From Centroscyllium fabricii (taxonomy: Eukaryota): 64,000 nt of DNA. The DNA is taken from assembly GCA_051313645.2 (NCBI GenBank), contig JBNRSN020000022.1, positions 27,280,001-27,344,000 of the forward strand, written 5' to 3'. The notes beneath the pieces were generated by a model. It worked only from the letters and a program-made list of their open reading frames with translations, searched no databases and was not told the origin of the DNA. The stretch's first letter is position 1. Every line of letters begins with the position of its first letter. Shown piece after piece: positions 51,087 to 63,852 of the stretch. A program made the translations under genes and the position numbers.

Positions 51087-54000
51087 CGAGCTAGCCTGAG
51101 GTATGAGCTAGTCTGAGGTACGAGCTAGTCTGAGGTACGAGCTAGTCTGAGGTACGAGCTAGTCTGAGGTACGAGCTAGTCTGAGGTACGAGCTAGTCTG
51201 AGGTACGACCTAGCCTGAGGTACGAGCTAGCCTGAGGTACGAGCTACTCTGAGGTACGACCTAGTCTGAGCTACGACCTAGCCTGAGGTACGAGCTAGTC
51301 TGAGGTACGAGCTAGTCTGAGGTACGAGCTAGTCTGAGGTACGAGCTAGTCTGAGCTACGACCTAGCCTGAGGTACGAGCTACTCTGAGGTACGACCTAG
51401 TCTGAGCTATGACTTAGCCTGAGGTACGAGCTAGTCTGAGGTATGAGCTAGTCTGAGGTACGACCTAACCTGAGGTACGACCTAGTCTGAGCTACGACCT
51501 AGTCTGAGGTACGAGTTAGTCTGATGTACGAGCTAGTCTGAGGTACGAGCTAGTCTGAAGTACGAGCCAGTCTGAAGTACGAGCCAGTCTGAGGTACGAC
51601 CTAGTCTGAGATACGACCTAGTCTGAGGTACGAGCTAGTCTGAGGTACGAACTAGTCTGAGATACGACCTAGTCTGAGATACGACCTAGTCTGAAGTACG
51701 AGCCAGTCTGAGGTACAAGCTAGTCTGAGATATGACCTAGTCTGAGGTACGAGCTAGTCTGAGGCACGAGCTAGTCTGAGGTACGAGCTAGTCTGAAGTA
51801 CGACCTAGTCTGAAGTACGACCTAGTCTGAAGTACGACCTAGTCTGAGGTACGAGCTAGTCTGAGCTATGACCTAGTCTGAGGTACGACCTAGTCTGAAG
51901 TACGACCTAGTCTGAGATACGACCTACTCTGAGGTATGAGCTAGTCTGAGCTACGACCTAGTCTGAGCTACGACCTAGTCTGAGGTACGAGCTAGTCTGA
52001 GGTACGAGGCTAATCTGAGCTACGACCTAGTCTGAGGTACGAGCTAGTCTGAAGTACAAGCTAGTCTGGAGGTGCAAACTAGTCTGAGGTACAACCTAGC
52101 CTGAGGTACGAGCTAGTCTGAGGTACGAGCTGACCTGAGGTACGAGCTAGTCTGAGCTACGACCTAGTCTGAGGTACGAGCTAGTCTGAAGTACAAGCTA
52201 GTCTGAGGTGCAAGCTAGTCTGAGGTACGACCTAGCCTGAGGTACGACCTAGCCTGAGGTATGACCTAGCCTGAGGTACGAGCTAGGCTGAGGTACGAGC
52301 TAGGCTGAGGTACGAGCTAGTCTGAAGTACGAGCTTGTCTTAGGTACGACCTAGCCTGACGTACGAGCTAGTCTGAGGTACGAGCTAGCCTGAGATATGA
52401 GCTAGTCTGAGGTACGAGCTAGTCTGAGGTACGAGCTAGTCTGAGGTACGAGGCTAGTCTGAGGTACGAGCTAGTCTGAGATATGAGCTAGTCTGAGGTA
52501 CGAGCTAGTCTGAGGTACGAGCTAGTCTGAGGTACGAGCTAGTCTGAGATATGAGCTAGTCTGAGGTACAAGGCTAGTCTGAGGTACGAGCTAGTCTGAG
52601 ATATGAGCTAGTCTGAGGTACGAGGCTAGTCTGAGGTACGAGCTAGTCTGAGGTACGAGCTAGTCTGAAGTACAAGCTAGTCTGAGGTGCAAGCTAGCCT
52701 GAGGAACGACCTAGCCTGAGGTACGAGCTAGGCTGAGGTACGAGCTAGGCTGAGATACGAGCTAGTCTGAAGTACGAGCTTGTCTTAGGTACGACCTAGC
52801 CTGACGTACGAGCTAGTCTGAGGTACGAGCTAGCCTGAGGTACGAGCTAGTCTGAAGTACGAACTTGTCTTAGGTACGACCTAGCCTGACGTACAAGCTA
52901 GTCTGAGGTACGAGCTAGCCTGAGATATGAGCTAATCTGAGGTACGAGCTAGTCTGAGGTACGAGGCTAGTCTGAGGTACGAGCTAGTCTGAGGTACGAG
53001 CTAGTCTGAGATATGAGCTAGTCTGACGTACGACCTAGTCTGAGGTATGATCTAGTCTGAGGTACGAGGCTAGTCTGAGGTACGAGCTAGTCTGAGATAT
53101 GAGCTAGTCTGAAGTACGAGCTAGTCTGAGGTACGAGCTAGCCTGAGATATGAGCTAGTCTGAAGTATGAGCTAGTGTGAGGTACGAGCTAGTCTGAGGT
53201 ATGAGCTAGTCTGAGGTACGAGCTAGTCTGAGGTACGAGGCTAGTCTGAGGTACGAGCTAGTCTGAGATATGAGCTAGTCTGATGTACGACCTAGTCTGA
53301 GATACGACCTAGTTGGAGATATGAGCTAGTCTGATGTACGACCTAGTCTGAGATACGACCTAGTCGGAGATATGAGCTAGTCTGAGGTACAACCTAGCCT
53401 GACGTACGAGCTTGTCTGAAGTACGAGCTAGCCTGAGTCACGACCTAGTCTGAGATATGAGCTAGTCTGAGGTGCCACCTAGTCTGAGGTACGTCCTGGC
53501 CAGAGGTACGACCTAGTCTGAGATACGAGCTAGTCTGAGGTACCACCTAGTCTGAGGTATGAGCTAGTCTGAGGTTCGAGCTAGTCTGAGGTACGAGCTA
53601 GTCTGAGGTTCGAGCTAGTCTGAGGTACGAGCTAGTCTGAGGTACGACCTAGTCTGGGGTACGAGCTAGTCTGAGGTACGAGCTAATCTGAGGTACGACC
53701 TAGCCTGAGTTATGAGCTAATCTGAGGTACGACCTAGTCTGAGGTACGACCTAGCCTGAGGTACAACCTAGCCTGAGGTACAAGCTAGCCTGAGGTACGA
53801 CCTAGTCTGAGGTATGAGCTAGTCTGAGGTACGACCTAGTCTGAGGAATGAGCTAGTCTGAGGTACGACCTAGCCTGAGGTATGACCTCGCCTGAGGTAC
53901 GAGCTGCTCTGAAGTACGAGCTTGTCTTAGGTACGACCTGGCCTGAGGTACGAGCTAGTCTGAGGTACGAGCTAGTCTGAGTTACAACCTAGCCTGAGGT

Positions 54001-54875
54001 ACGAGCTAGTCTGAGGTACGACCTAGCCTGAGGTACGACCTAGTCTGATGTATGAGCTAGTCTGAGGTACAACCTAGTCTGAGGTACGAGGCTAGTCTGA
54101 GGTATGACCTAGTCTGAGGTATAAACTAGTCTGGGGTGCGAGCTAGCCTGAGTATGACCTAGTCTGAGGTACGAGCTAGTCTGAGGTACGAGCTAGTCTG
54201 AGTTATGACCTAGTCTGAGGTACGACCTAGCCTGAGGTATGAGCTAGTCTGAAGTTCGAGCTTGTCTGAGGTACGACCTAGCCTGACATACAACCTAGCC
54301 TGAGGTACAACCTAGCCTGAGGTATGAGCTAGTCTGATGTATGAGCTCACCTGAGGTACGACCTAGCCTGAGGTACGACCCAGCTTGAGGTACGAGCTAG
54401 TCTGAGATACGAGCTCGTCTGAAGTACGAGCTAGTCTGAGGTACGAGCTCGTCTGAGGTACAAGCTAGTCTGAGGTACAAGAAAGTCTGAAGTACGAGCT
54501 AGTCTGATTTACGAGCTAGTCTGATTTACGAGCTAGTCTGAGATACGAGCTAGTCTGAAATATGAGCTAGTCTGAGATACGAGCTAGTCTGAGGTATGAG
54601 CTAGTCTGAGGCACGAGCTAGTCTGAGATACGACCTAGTCTGAAGTACGAGCTAGCCTGAGGTACGACCTAGTCTGAAGTACGAGCTAGCCTGAGGTACG
54701 AGCTAGTCTGAGGCACGAGCTAGCCTGAGGTACGAGCTAGTCTGAGATACAAGCTAGTCTGAGGTACGACCTAGTCTGAAGTACGAGCTAGCCTGAGGTA
54801 CGAGCTAGTCTGAGGCACGAGCTAGCCTGAGGTACGAGCTAGTCTGAGATACAAGCTAGCCTGAAGTACGAGCTA
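51087..54875. repeat. 17-bp tandem satellite, about 220 copies
   Basis: Unit CGAGCTAGTCTGAGGTA with point variants and no spacers. Confidence 0.98.
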
Positions 54876-55816
54876 CATGGTAACTCCCGAACCACGTTTA
54901 CTCTTCACTTACCCCCTTACGGTAAAGAGAAGTGGACAGTGTTATGTATGATGTGTAGGTATGTGTTATCCTCCCACCTGTGGTGGCGCTGCTACAGCAC
55001 TGCACAGCCATGAGGTTCTTTTACTTTCACTTTCTCTTTTAACTGTTGATTAAACTAAACAGCATTTTACAGCTCGGTAGTTGGAATTCTGTATGTGTTT
55101 AAGTAGAAAGACTTAGATACAAAAGACAGTTTCTGCTCGGCCACCTCCCCCACCATGGGGCAGTCTGGAGAGCTGTGAAGTAATAATTATGCCCCTTTTT
55201 ACTGCGAACTGGCTCTTAGTTTGGATTTGGCGCGTTCATTTAAGTCATATAAAAAAGAAAAATATCTCGAGTAAATCTCATCTCAAAGAAGTGGGTAAAT
55301 CTTTCAAAGACCTGCCCGAAATGCCATCAATTAGAGCAGCTCGTGGCAACACATCTTCCTCTCTGCAAAACCTATTTAACTTCATAATCCTCTCCTCTGT
55401 CACATTGTACAAATTAGTGCCTGCATGAGGATATGCAAATGGCTGATTTGAAATCATTCAGGATGGAAGAAGGACTGATTCACCGACCTGACTGTTCCCA
55501 GAAGCAGTTTCAAATCCACATATTTAATTAATGGCCAGTTCCCAGAGTGACAAATCTACATGAAAATAAGATTACCATTTTTCTGTTTAATTAGAAAAGA
55601 ACTAAAAAGGCAGTAATACTGGCAAGAAAGCTGTAGAGACAGAGAGAGAGAGAAAAATAAATAGACAGACACAAAAACAGATAAAGAAATATGAAGAACA
55701 ATAGGGAAAATAGACAAAGATAGATAGAAAGATGGAGAAAAAAAGAGAGAGACTGGAGATAGACAGAGACTGAAGAGAGAGCGCGTGCACGAGATAAACA
55801 GCCATAGGCACACTTT

Positions 55817-56594
55817 GGGGGGGAAATTTCATGTCCCCGTGAGGTGGGGTTTTCGGCGGCTTGGCCGGCAAAATAGCGCAACCAGTGGGTCGCAACCCCC
55901 CAACCTCGCCGGATCCCCGCCGCTTTCTCATTTTCCCCGCCCTGATTCCCCGCCCCGAAACCTTCCCACCGGCGGCCGGTGGGGATGTGTTGTCACCTCG
56001 TTAAGGGCCCTTAATTGGCATGTTTAATGCCATTTTAAGGGCCCTCAGCCATTTTGAGCCATTTCCCACCCTAACCCCATCACCTTAAACCCAGCGGGCG
56101 CACAGCACTGGTCATGACTTTCTCCTTCAAGGTGTGAAGGACGTGCTGCCAAATGCTTGGCATGCCTCCAGAACCTCAGAAGAGTAAGTTACTCCGTGGT
56201 GGCTGCACCAGCTGTGGGCAAAAACTGAGAAATCTCAGCTTTGCACATTTGCTCACAGCCGGTGCCGAGCTGTCAAGGATTCGAAGCCCGCCTGCCCACC
56301 TGTCAGTCACCAGCACTTGAGCTTTCCCATTGGTTCCACTCGACTGTGATGTCACAGTGGAGTGTTTCCATGGGAACTGTCAACAACCAGTGCTGGAACT
56401 GTCAATCAAACTCCTCGCAGCCCCGCTGCAGCCCGACTCGATTGAGTCAATTACCACCCGCTACCGCCGGCGGGGGTTTAACAACTCAATTAAATTAAAA
56501 TTGCGTGGGCTTCCCTGGTGTTTGGGCAGGCGGGACAGGAACCCACCCCGACCAATCCCCACCAGGTTCCCGCACTTTTGGAAAAATCACCCCC
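55817..56594 (-). mobile_element. MITE family A, copy 7 (inverted, closest to copy 2)
   Basis: Reverse-complement match to 18987-19783. Confidence 0.85.
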
Positions 56595-57009
56595 ACAGAC
56601 TGAGAGAAGACACAGACAGAGCCTGACAGAAACAGACAGACAGACCGAGAAGACACAGACACAGGCAGGCAGTGAGAGAGAGACAGACAGACAGAGAGAA
56701 AATAGGGGAAAATTGATTCTGGAAACAGGAGAGGAAGAAAAATAATTGAGCTGGTGAGGGGGGTGGGGGGGGGGGCTTGAAAATTCCTGCCAGTGATAAT
56801 AGCAAACACTGCCCACAATTTTAGTGAGGCACTAACCTGCGGACACAGGAATATTAATCTGCTGAATGCCAACAACAATTTCTAAGTATCAGAGAAAGGA
56901 CAGAAAAAAAGGAAGACAGAGGGAGAGAGAGATACAAGTAATCAATGTCACGTTGGCCCGACAGAACGAGAAGGGCAAAATAAATCGACGATTTCCCAGC
57001 TGCCTGACA

Positions 57010-59693
57010 GAGCTGGACTCTAATTCTTGAAGAGCTGGACTCTAATTCTCGAAGAGCTGGACTCTAATTCTCGAAGAGCCGGACTCTAATTCTCGAAGAG
57101 CCGGACTCTAATTCTCGAAGAGCCGGACTCTAATTCTCGAAGAGCCAGGCTCTAATCCTCGAAGAGCTGGACTCTAATCCTCGAAGAGCTGGACTCTAAT
57201 CCTCGAAGAGCTGGACTCTAATTCTGGAAGAGCCGGACTCTAATCCTCGAAGAGCTGGACTCTAATCCTCGAAGAGCTGAACTCTAATCCTCGAAGAGCT
57301 GGACTCTAATTCTCGAAGAGCTGGACTCTAATCCTCGAAGAGCCGGACTCTAATCGTCGAAGAGCTGGACTCTAATTCTGGAAGAGCCAGACTCTAATCC
57401 TCGAAGAGCCGGACTCTAATCCTCGAAGAGCTGGACTCTAATTCTGGAAGAGCCGGACTCTAATCCTCGAAGAGCCGGACTCTAATCCTCGAAGAGCTGG
57501 ACTCTAGTCCTCGAAGAGCTGGACTCTAATCCTCGAAGAGCCGGACTCTAATCGTCGAAGAGCCGGACTCTAATCGTCGAAGGGCTGGACTCTAATTCTC
57601 GAAGAGCCGGACTCTAATTCTCGAAGAGCCGGACTCTAATTCTCGAAGAGCTGGACTGTAATTCTCGAAGAGCCGGACTCTAATTCTCGAAGAGCCGGAC
57701 TCTAATTCTCGAAGAGCCGGACTCTAATTCTCGAAGAGCCGGACTTTAATTCTCGAAGAGCCGGACTCTAATCCTCGAAGAGCCGGACTCTAATCCTCGA
57801 AGAGCCGGACTCTAATCCTCGAAGAGCTGGACTCTAATTCTGGAAGAGCCGGACTCTAATCCTCGAAGAGCTGGACTCTAATCCTCGAAGAGCTGAACTC
57901 TAATCCTCGAAGAGCTGGACTCTAATTCTCGAAGAGCTGGACTCTAATCCTCGAAGAGCCGGACTCTAATCGTCGAAGAGCTGGACTCTAATTCTGGAAG
58001 AGCCGGACTCTAATCCTCGAAGAGCCGGACTCTAATCCTCAAAGAGCTGGACTCTAATTCTGGAAGAGCCGGACTCTAATCCTCGAAGAGCCGGACTCTA
58101 ATCCTCAAAGAGCTGGACTCTAATTCTGGAAGAGCCGGACTCTAATCCTCGAAGAGCCGGACTCTAATCCTCAAAGAGCTGGGCTCTAATTCTGGAAGAG
58201 CCGGACTCTAATCCTCGAAGAGCCGGACTCTAATCCTCGAAGAGCCGGACTCTAATCCTCGAAGAGCTGGACTCTAATCCTCGAAGAGCTGGACTCTAAT
58301 CCTCGAAGAGCTGGACTCTAATCCTCGAAGAGCTGGACTCTAATCCTCGAAGAGCTGGACTCTAATCCTCGAAGAGCCGGACTCTAATCGTCGAAGAGCC
58401 GGACTCTAATCGTCGAAGGGCTGGACTCTAATTCTCGAAGAGCCGGACTCTAATTCTCGAAGAGCCGGACTCTAATTCTCGAAGAGCCGGACTCTAATTC
58501 TCGAAGAGCCGGACTCTAATTCTCGAAGAGCCGGACTCTAATTCTCGAAGAGCCGGACTCTAATTCTCGAAGAGCCGGACTCTAATTCTCGAAGAGCCGG
58601 ACTGTAATTCTCGAAGAGCCGGACTGTAATTCTCGAAGAGCCGGACTCTAATTCTCGAAGAGCCGGACTCTAATTCTCGAAGAGCCGGACTCCAATCCTC
58701 GAAGAGCCGGACTCTAATCCTCGAAGAGCCGGACTCTAATCCTCGAAGAGCCGGACTCTAATCCTCGAAGAGCCGGACTCTAATTCTCGAAGAGCCGGAC
58801 TCTAATTCTCGAAGAGCCGGACTCTAATTCTCGAAGAGCCGGACTCTAATTCTCGAAGAGCCGGACTCTAATTCTCGAAGAGCCGGACTCTAATTCTCGA
58901 AGAGCCGGACTCTAATCCTCGAAGAGCCGGACTCTAATTCTCGAAGAGCCGGACTCTAATTCTCGAAAAGCCGGACTCTAATTCTGGAAGAGCCGGACTC
59001 TAATTCTCGAAGAGCCGGACTCTAATCCTCGAAGAGCTGGACTCTAATCCTCGAAGAGCTGGACTCTAATCCTCGAAGAGCTGGACTCTAATTCTCGAAG
59101 AGCCGGACTCTAATCGTCGAAGAGCCGGACTCTAATCGTCGAAGAGCCGGACTCTAATCGTCGAAGAGCCGGACTCTAATCCTCGAAGAGCCGGACTCTA
59201 ATCCTCGAAGAGCCGGACTCTAATCCTCGAAGAGCCGGACTCTAATTCTCGAAGAGCCGGACTCTAATTCTCGAAGAGCCGGACTCTAATTCTCGAAGAG
59301 CCGGACTCTAATTCTCGAAGAGCCGGACTCTAATTCTCGAAGAGCCGGACTCTAATTCTCGAAGAGCCGGACTCTAATTCTCGAAGAGCCAGACTCTAAT
59401 TCTTGAAGAGCTGGACTCTAATTCTGGAACAGCCGGACTCTAATTCTTGAAGAGCTGGACTCTAATTCTCGAAGAGCCGGACTCTAATTCTCGAAGAGCC
59501 GGACTCTAATTCTCGAAGAGCCGGACTCTAATTCTCGAAGAGCCGGACTCTAATTCTCGAAGAGCCGGACTCTAATTCTCGAAGAGCCGGACTCTAATTC
59601 TCGAAGAGCTGGACTCTAATTCTCGAAGAGCCGGACTCTAATTCTCGAAGAGCCGGACTCTAATTCTCGAAGAGCTGGACTCTAATTCATGAA
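57010..59693. repeat. 22-bp tandem satellite, about 120 copies
   Basis: Unit GAAGAGCCGGACTCTAATTCTC. Confidence 0.98.
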
Positions 59694-60084
59694 GTACACT
59701 CTGTCTTTTGCCTTCCATCTCCTCACCCCATGATTTCTATGGGAAGAGTGTTGCTGAGTCAGAAGAGTTCCAGGTGTCAGAAGGTCACACGAGAGATGCA
59801 AGTACTGTCCGTCTGGCTGATGTGTGGTGAGCCAGCCCTCCTCTGAAAACATGGCTTCTCATTTTGACAGAGGCAGTTCTATTGGCATAGTGGTGATCTG
59901 TTATAAGTCCATGCTCATCAATTCCGTGCTAATGAGTTCAATAACTTGAATACAGTTGTGGTGAAACAGCATAATGGGCCCAGCAAGGCCCCTTCAATCC
60001 TCCCCTGCGCTGCCCATGGTTCTCTAACAGGACGCTTTCCACCTTCTCACTTTGGCTATGTGTATGGAGAGAGAACAGGTTGTT

Positions 60085-60611
60085 TGTGTCTAGGCCCTAA
60101 GCGCTGGAATTTCCTCTCTGAACCTCTCCGCCTCTCCACCCTGTAGCATAGCCACTAGGGGGAGACACTCTGGTCTCCCCAGGATGTTATAATCCCCATT
60201 CCAGAGTTGGTCCGGCCCCTGTTTCCCCATTGGGTAGTTGGATCAACGGTTCCAGTTCCTGATTGGTCCTGCGGGCTGTCAGTCAAAAGCCCCATGATGC
60301 TTTGCGGTTTCGCGCCTTTTGTGAGTTAGTCGTGTTTGGATTGAAAGGAATAAAGACCTGTTAAAGCTTGCTCCGCGATCTTGCGACGTTTTATCGATTT
60401 TAAAGAGTGGGGAACTGTCGTTCCCTACAACCCTCTCTCTCGTTCATTAAGTTGCTCCTTAAAACCTACCTCTGTGACCGAGCTGTTGGTCACTTGCCCG
60501 TGTGTCTCCTTCTTTAGCTCGGTGTCAATGTTTGTCTGATAACGCTCCTGTGAAGCACCTTGGGACATTTTTTACAACATTCAAGGTGCTATATAAATGC
60601 AAGTTGTTGTT
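60085..60611 (+). mobile_element. L2-type LINE 3' end, interrupted by a solo LTR
   Basis: CTCCTTAAAACCTACCTCT...TGTGAAGCACCTTGGGAC...GGTGCTATATAAATGCAAGTTGTTGTT tail. Confidence 0.7.
60142..60429 (+). mobile_element. Solo LTR (288 bp)
   Basis: TGTAG...CTACA termini, 4-bp TSD ACCC, internal ATTGG boxes and AATAAA. Confidence 0.8.
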
Positions 60612-61063
60612 CTGGTGGTGGTTGAACTATGTGTAGCCAAACAGTAAAGTACAAGTCGGTGGAAGTCACACTCAGGTTAGGCACCACCTTGCGTACTCTG
60701 TCTATTCTGAACACCCAGACAAAACACATTCAAGCACTGAAGGTGGTGCAGAGAAGAACCATGAGGCTGATCCTTGCATCAAAGGATAGAACTGTGAGAA
60801 ACGACTAGAGAACCTCAGGATTTTTATTCTTGAAATGAGGTGACCGAGAGAGACCTAGTTAAGGTAGATTATAATAAACTTGCATTTACAGAGCACTCAC
60901 CACCTGTCTCAGCAACGTCTCGAAGCACTTCACAAACGTAAATTACTGTGAAGCACTGTGGCCTTTGTTATTTGAACATACAAAAAGAAAAGGATGGGAC
61001 AAAGGTCGGGGCCCACCAAGGAAATGTCCTCTTCACCCAGGAACCTGCCAAGTTCCCTTTTTA

Positions 61064-61465
61064 ACATAGACATAGAAGATAGGAGCAGGAGTAGGCCATT
61101 CGGCCCTTCGAGCCTGCTCCGCCATTCAATGCGATCATGGCTGATCATCCAAACCCAGCACCCTGTCCCTGCCTTCTCCCCGTATTGCTCGATCCCTATC
61201 AAGCCTGCACCGACACATATCTCAAGCTATCCCCGTAATCCCACATATTTAATCCCCCTAACACTAAGGGTCAATTTATTATGGCCAATCAACCTAACCC
61301 GCACATCTTTGGACTGTGGGAGGAAACCGGAGCACCCGGAGGAAACCCACGCAGACACGGGGAGAATGTGCAAACTCCACACAGATAGTACCCGAGGTTG
61401 GATTTGAACCCGGGTCTCCAGAGCTGTGAGGCAACAGTGCTAACCACTATGCCACCGTGCCGCCC
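61064..61465 (-). mobile_element. tRNA-derived V-SINE (HE1-like)
   Basis: Closely similar to 12241-12643. Confidence 0.9.
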
Positions 61466-61565
61466 CTGCAGCCATCCATACCCACCACAAGTCCCCACAT
61501 TCAGTAACAGAGGCAGGTGATTGTCTGTGAAAAGAAATACTTTCTGGAATTTGGCAGAACTCTTT

Positions 61566-62180
61566 GGGCTAGAAATTCGGCGGCTTGCCCCTGCCGAATG
61601 GTGCGCAAGACACTCAGCGCCAGCGTTTGCGCCACTCGTGGTATTTAGTGGGGCGCTAAGGTGGCCGGTAACCGGTAGCGCCCCACTGAATATTTCGCAC
61701 TGTGTGCTGACAGGGATGACGTCATCAGTGCACGCACTTGTGGCACCCGCGATTGAAATTGGGCAGCGCCCGCTGAGTTTTCAGCGGGCGCTGCCCGCGA
61801 CAGCTTTTTCCAGCCATAACAGCAGCGGGGGAGCGTTGCCTAAAGGGGAGGGTGCCAGTCGGCCGTTTTTATTGCTGGCCGACTGCCAGCACCTTCCCCC
61901 TCTGCCTCCCCCGGCCTCCCCTGCTGCCCCCACCGCCTCGACCAGTGAGCCCGGCACTTCCCTCCAGTGCCGGGCTCCTTCTGCTGCATGGCGTCTCACG
62001 GCGGCCCCACGGGGCTCTGGCCGCAGCCGCGCAAGGCCCCTCCCCTTTAATCGGGGAAGAAGGCCTACAGTTCCGCGGCGCACCACTCTGCGCTGCATGT
62101 TGCAGCGACCCCCGGCACCCAGAACTTCGGCCGTTGCACCTGAAGAGCGAGGGCGGGTGCCTGTTTTATCGCCCGCCCTC
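61566..62180. mobile_element. Harbinger-like MITE, family B, truncated by a LINE insertion
   Basis: Starts GGGCTAGAAATTCGG. The body is similar to the reverse complement of about 24120-24765, and the other TIR is absent. Confidence 0.7.
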
Positions 62181-62185
62181 CTACT

Positions 62186-63367
62186 TTCTTTTTATTCATT
62201 GATGGGATGTGGGCGTCGCTGGCTGGCTAAGCCTGCATTTAGTGCCCATCCCTAATTGCCCTTGAGAAGATGGTGGTGAGCCACCTTCTTGAACCGCTGC
62301 AGTCCATATGGTGTAGGTACACCCACAATGTTGTTAGGAAGGGAGTTCCAGGATTTTGGCCCAGCGACAGTGAAGGAGCGGCGATACAGGTCCAAGTCAG
62401 GATGGTGTGTGGCTTGGAGGGGAACTTGTCGGTGGTGATGTTCCCATGCGTCTGCTGCCCTTGTCCTTCTAGGTGGTAGAAGTCACGGGTTTGAAAGGTG
62501 CTGTTGAAGGAGCTTTGGCAAGTTGCTGCAGTGCATCTTGTAGATGGTACACACTGCAGCCACAGTGCGCCGGTGGTGGAGGGAGTGAATGTTGAAAGTG
62601 GCGGATGGGGTGCCAATCAAGCGGCCTGCTTTATCCTGAATGGTGTCGAGCGTCTTGAGTGTTGTTGGAGCTGCACTCATCCAGGCAAGTGGAGAGTATT
62701 CCATCACACTCCTGACTTGTGCCTTGTAGATGGTGGAAAGCCTTTGGGGTGTCAGGAGGTGAGACACTCGCCACAGAATTCCCAGCCTCTGGCCTGCTCT
62801 TGTAGCCACAGTATTTATATGGCTGGTCCAGTTCAGTTTCTGATCAATGGCAACCCCCAGGATGTTGATAGTGGGGGATTCAGTGATGATAATGCCATTG
62901 AATGTCAAGGGGAGATGGTTAGAGTCTCGCTTGTTGGAAATGGTCATTGCCTGGCACTTGTGTGGTGCGAATGTTACTTGCCACTTGTTAGCCCAAGTCT
63001 GAATGTTGTCCAGGTCTTGCTGCATATGGACACGGACTGTGTCAGTATCTGACGAGTCTCGAATGGTGCTGAACAGTGTGCAATCATCAGCGAACATCCC
63101 CACTTCTGACCTTATGATGGAGGGAAGGTCATTGATAAAACAGCTGAAGGTGGTTGGGCCTAGGACACTGCCCTGAGGAACTCCTGCAGTGATGTCCTGT
63201 GGTTGAGATGAATGACCTCCAACAACCACAGCCAACTTCCTTTGTGCTAGGTATGATTCCAACCAATGGAGAGTTTTCCCCTTGATTCCCATTGACTTCA
63301 GCTTTGCTAGGGCTCCTTGATGCCACACTTGATCAAATGCTGCCTTGATGTCAAGGGCAGTCACTCT
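62186..63367 (-). mobile_element. Non-LTR retrotransposon (CR1/L2 group), 3' part with reverse transcriptase ORF fragment 62483-63364
   Basis: RT motifs ALDIKAAFD, GVPQGSVLGP and MFADD, then a 3' UTR and A-rich tail. Confidence 0.92.
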
Positions 63368-63850
63368 TATTATATCCGCACTATTTAACTAGTAAATAAT
63401 GGAGAGAGTTCAGACTTGACTGAACAACTTGTTTATTAATCTATTACAGAACGTGGAACTGGTGAAATCAGTGCGCTCCTGGCCTTTTATACAGCTGTGG
63501 CCAGGGGTAGTATTACAGTATTACTGCCCTATACAAAGTAGTGCCCAGTGTATTAATCCCCATAGGCACATACATAACATTCCTCCCTTCTTAATTTTAT
63601 CGTGTACAACAAGCACCATGTCCAAGTTTTCTCACCTTTAACCAATAGTTACATACATGGTTTGATTCAAGTTAGTATCTACAACAATTTTCAAATGCTC
63701 CAATATGATTCATCTAATCTACCCTTACCACGGGAGTAACCTTAAAGACAATTATAGTTAGTGTCCATTCAAAGTCTTCTGTTAATTTAGGTTCCTTGTT
63801 ATCTTTGTTAACACAGTAATTTGTCTGGCACAGTCTTTCACCATTTGTGT
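63368..63850 (-). mobile_element. Gypsy-like LTR retrotransposon 3' end: 3' LTR 63368-63579, polypurine tract 63580-63592, internal region beyond
   Basis: Minus strand AAGAAGGGAGGAA|TGTTAT...TATAAAA...AATAAA...ATAATA. It abuts the LINE ORF mid-domain. Confidence 0.75.
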
Positions 63851-63852
63851 TA

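Noticed and set aside
54940-55128. Possible solo LTR (TGTTAT...AAGACA) next to the 17-bp satellite
   Set aside because: There is no matching target-site duplication and the termini are only weakly inverted.
51087-59693. Long regular arrays as CRISPR
   Set aside because: They are head-to-tail tandem units with no unique spacers, no cas genes and a vertebrate intron context.
61521-62255. 244-aa ORF and similar ORFs at about 8900-9400 and 24000-24550
   Set aside because: They lie in GC-rich non-autonomous elements and show no transposase or other recognisable motifs.
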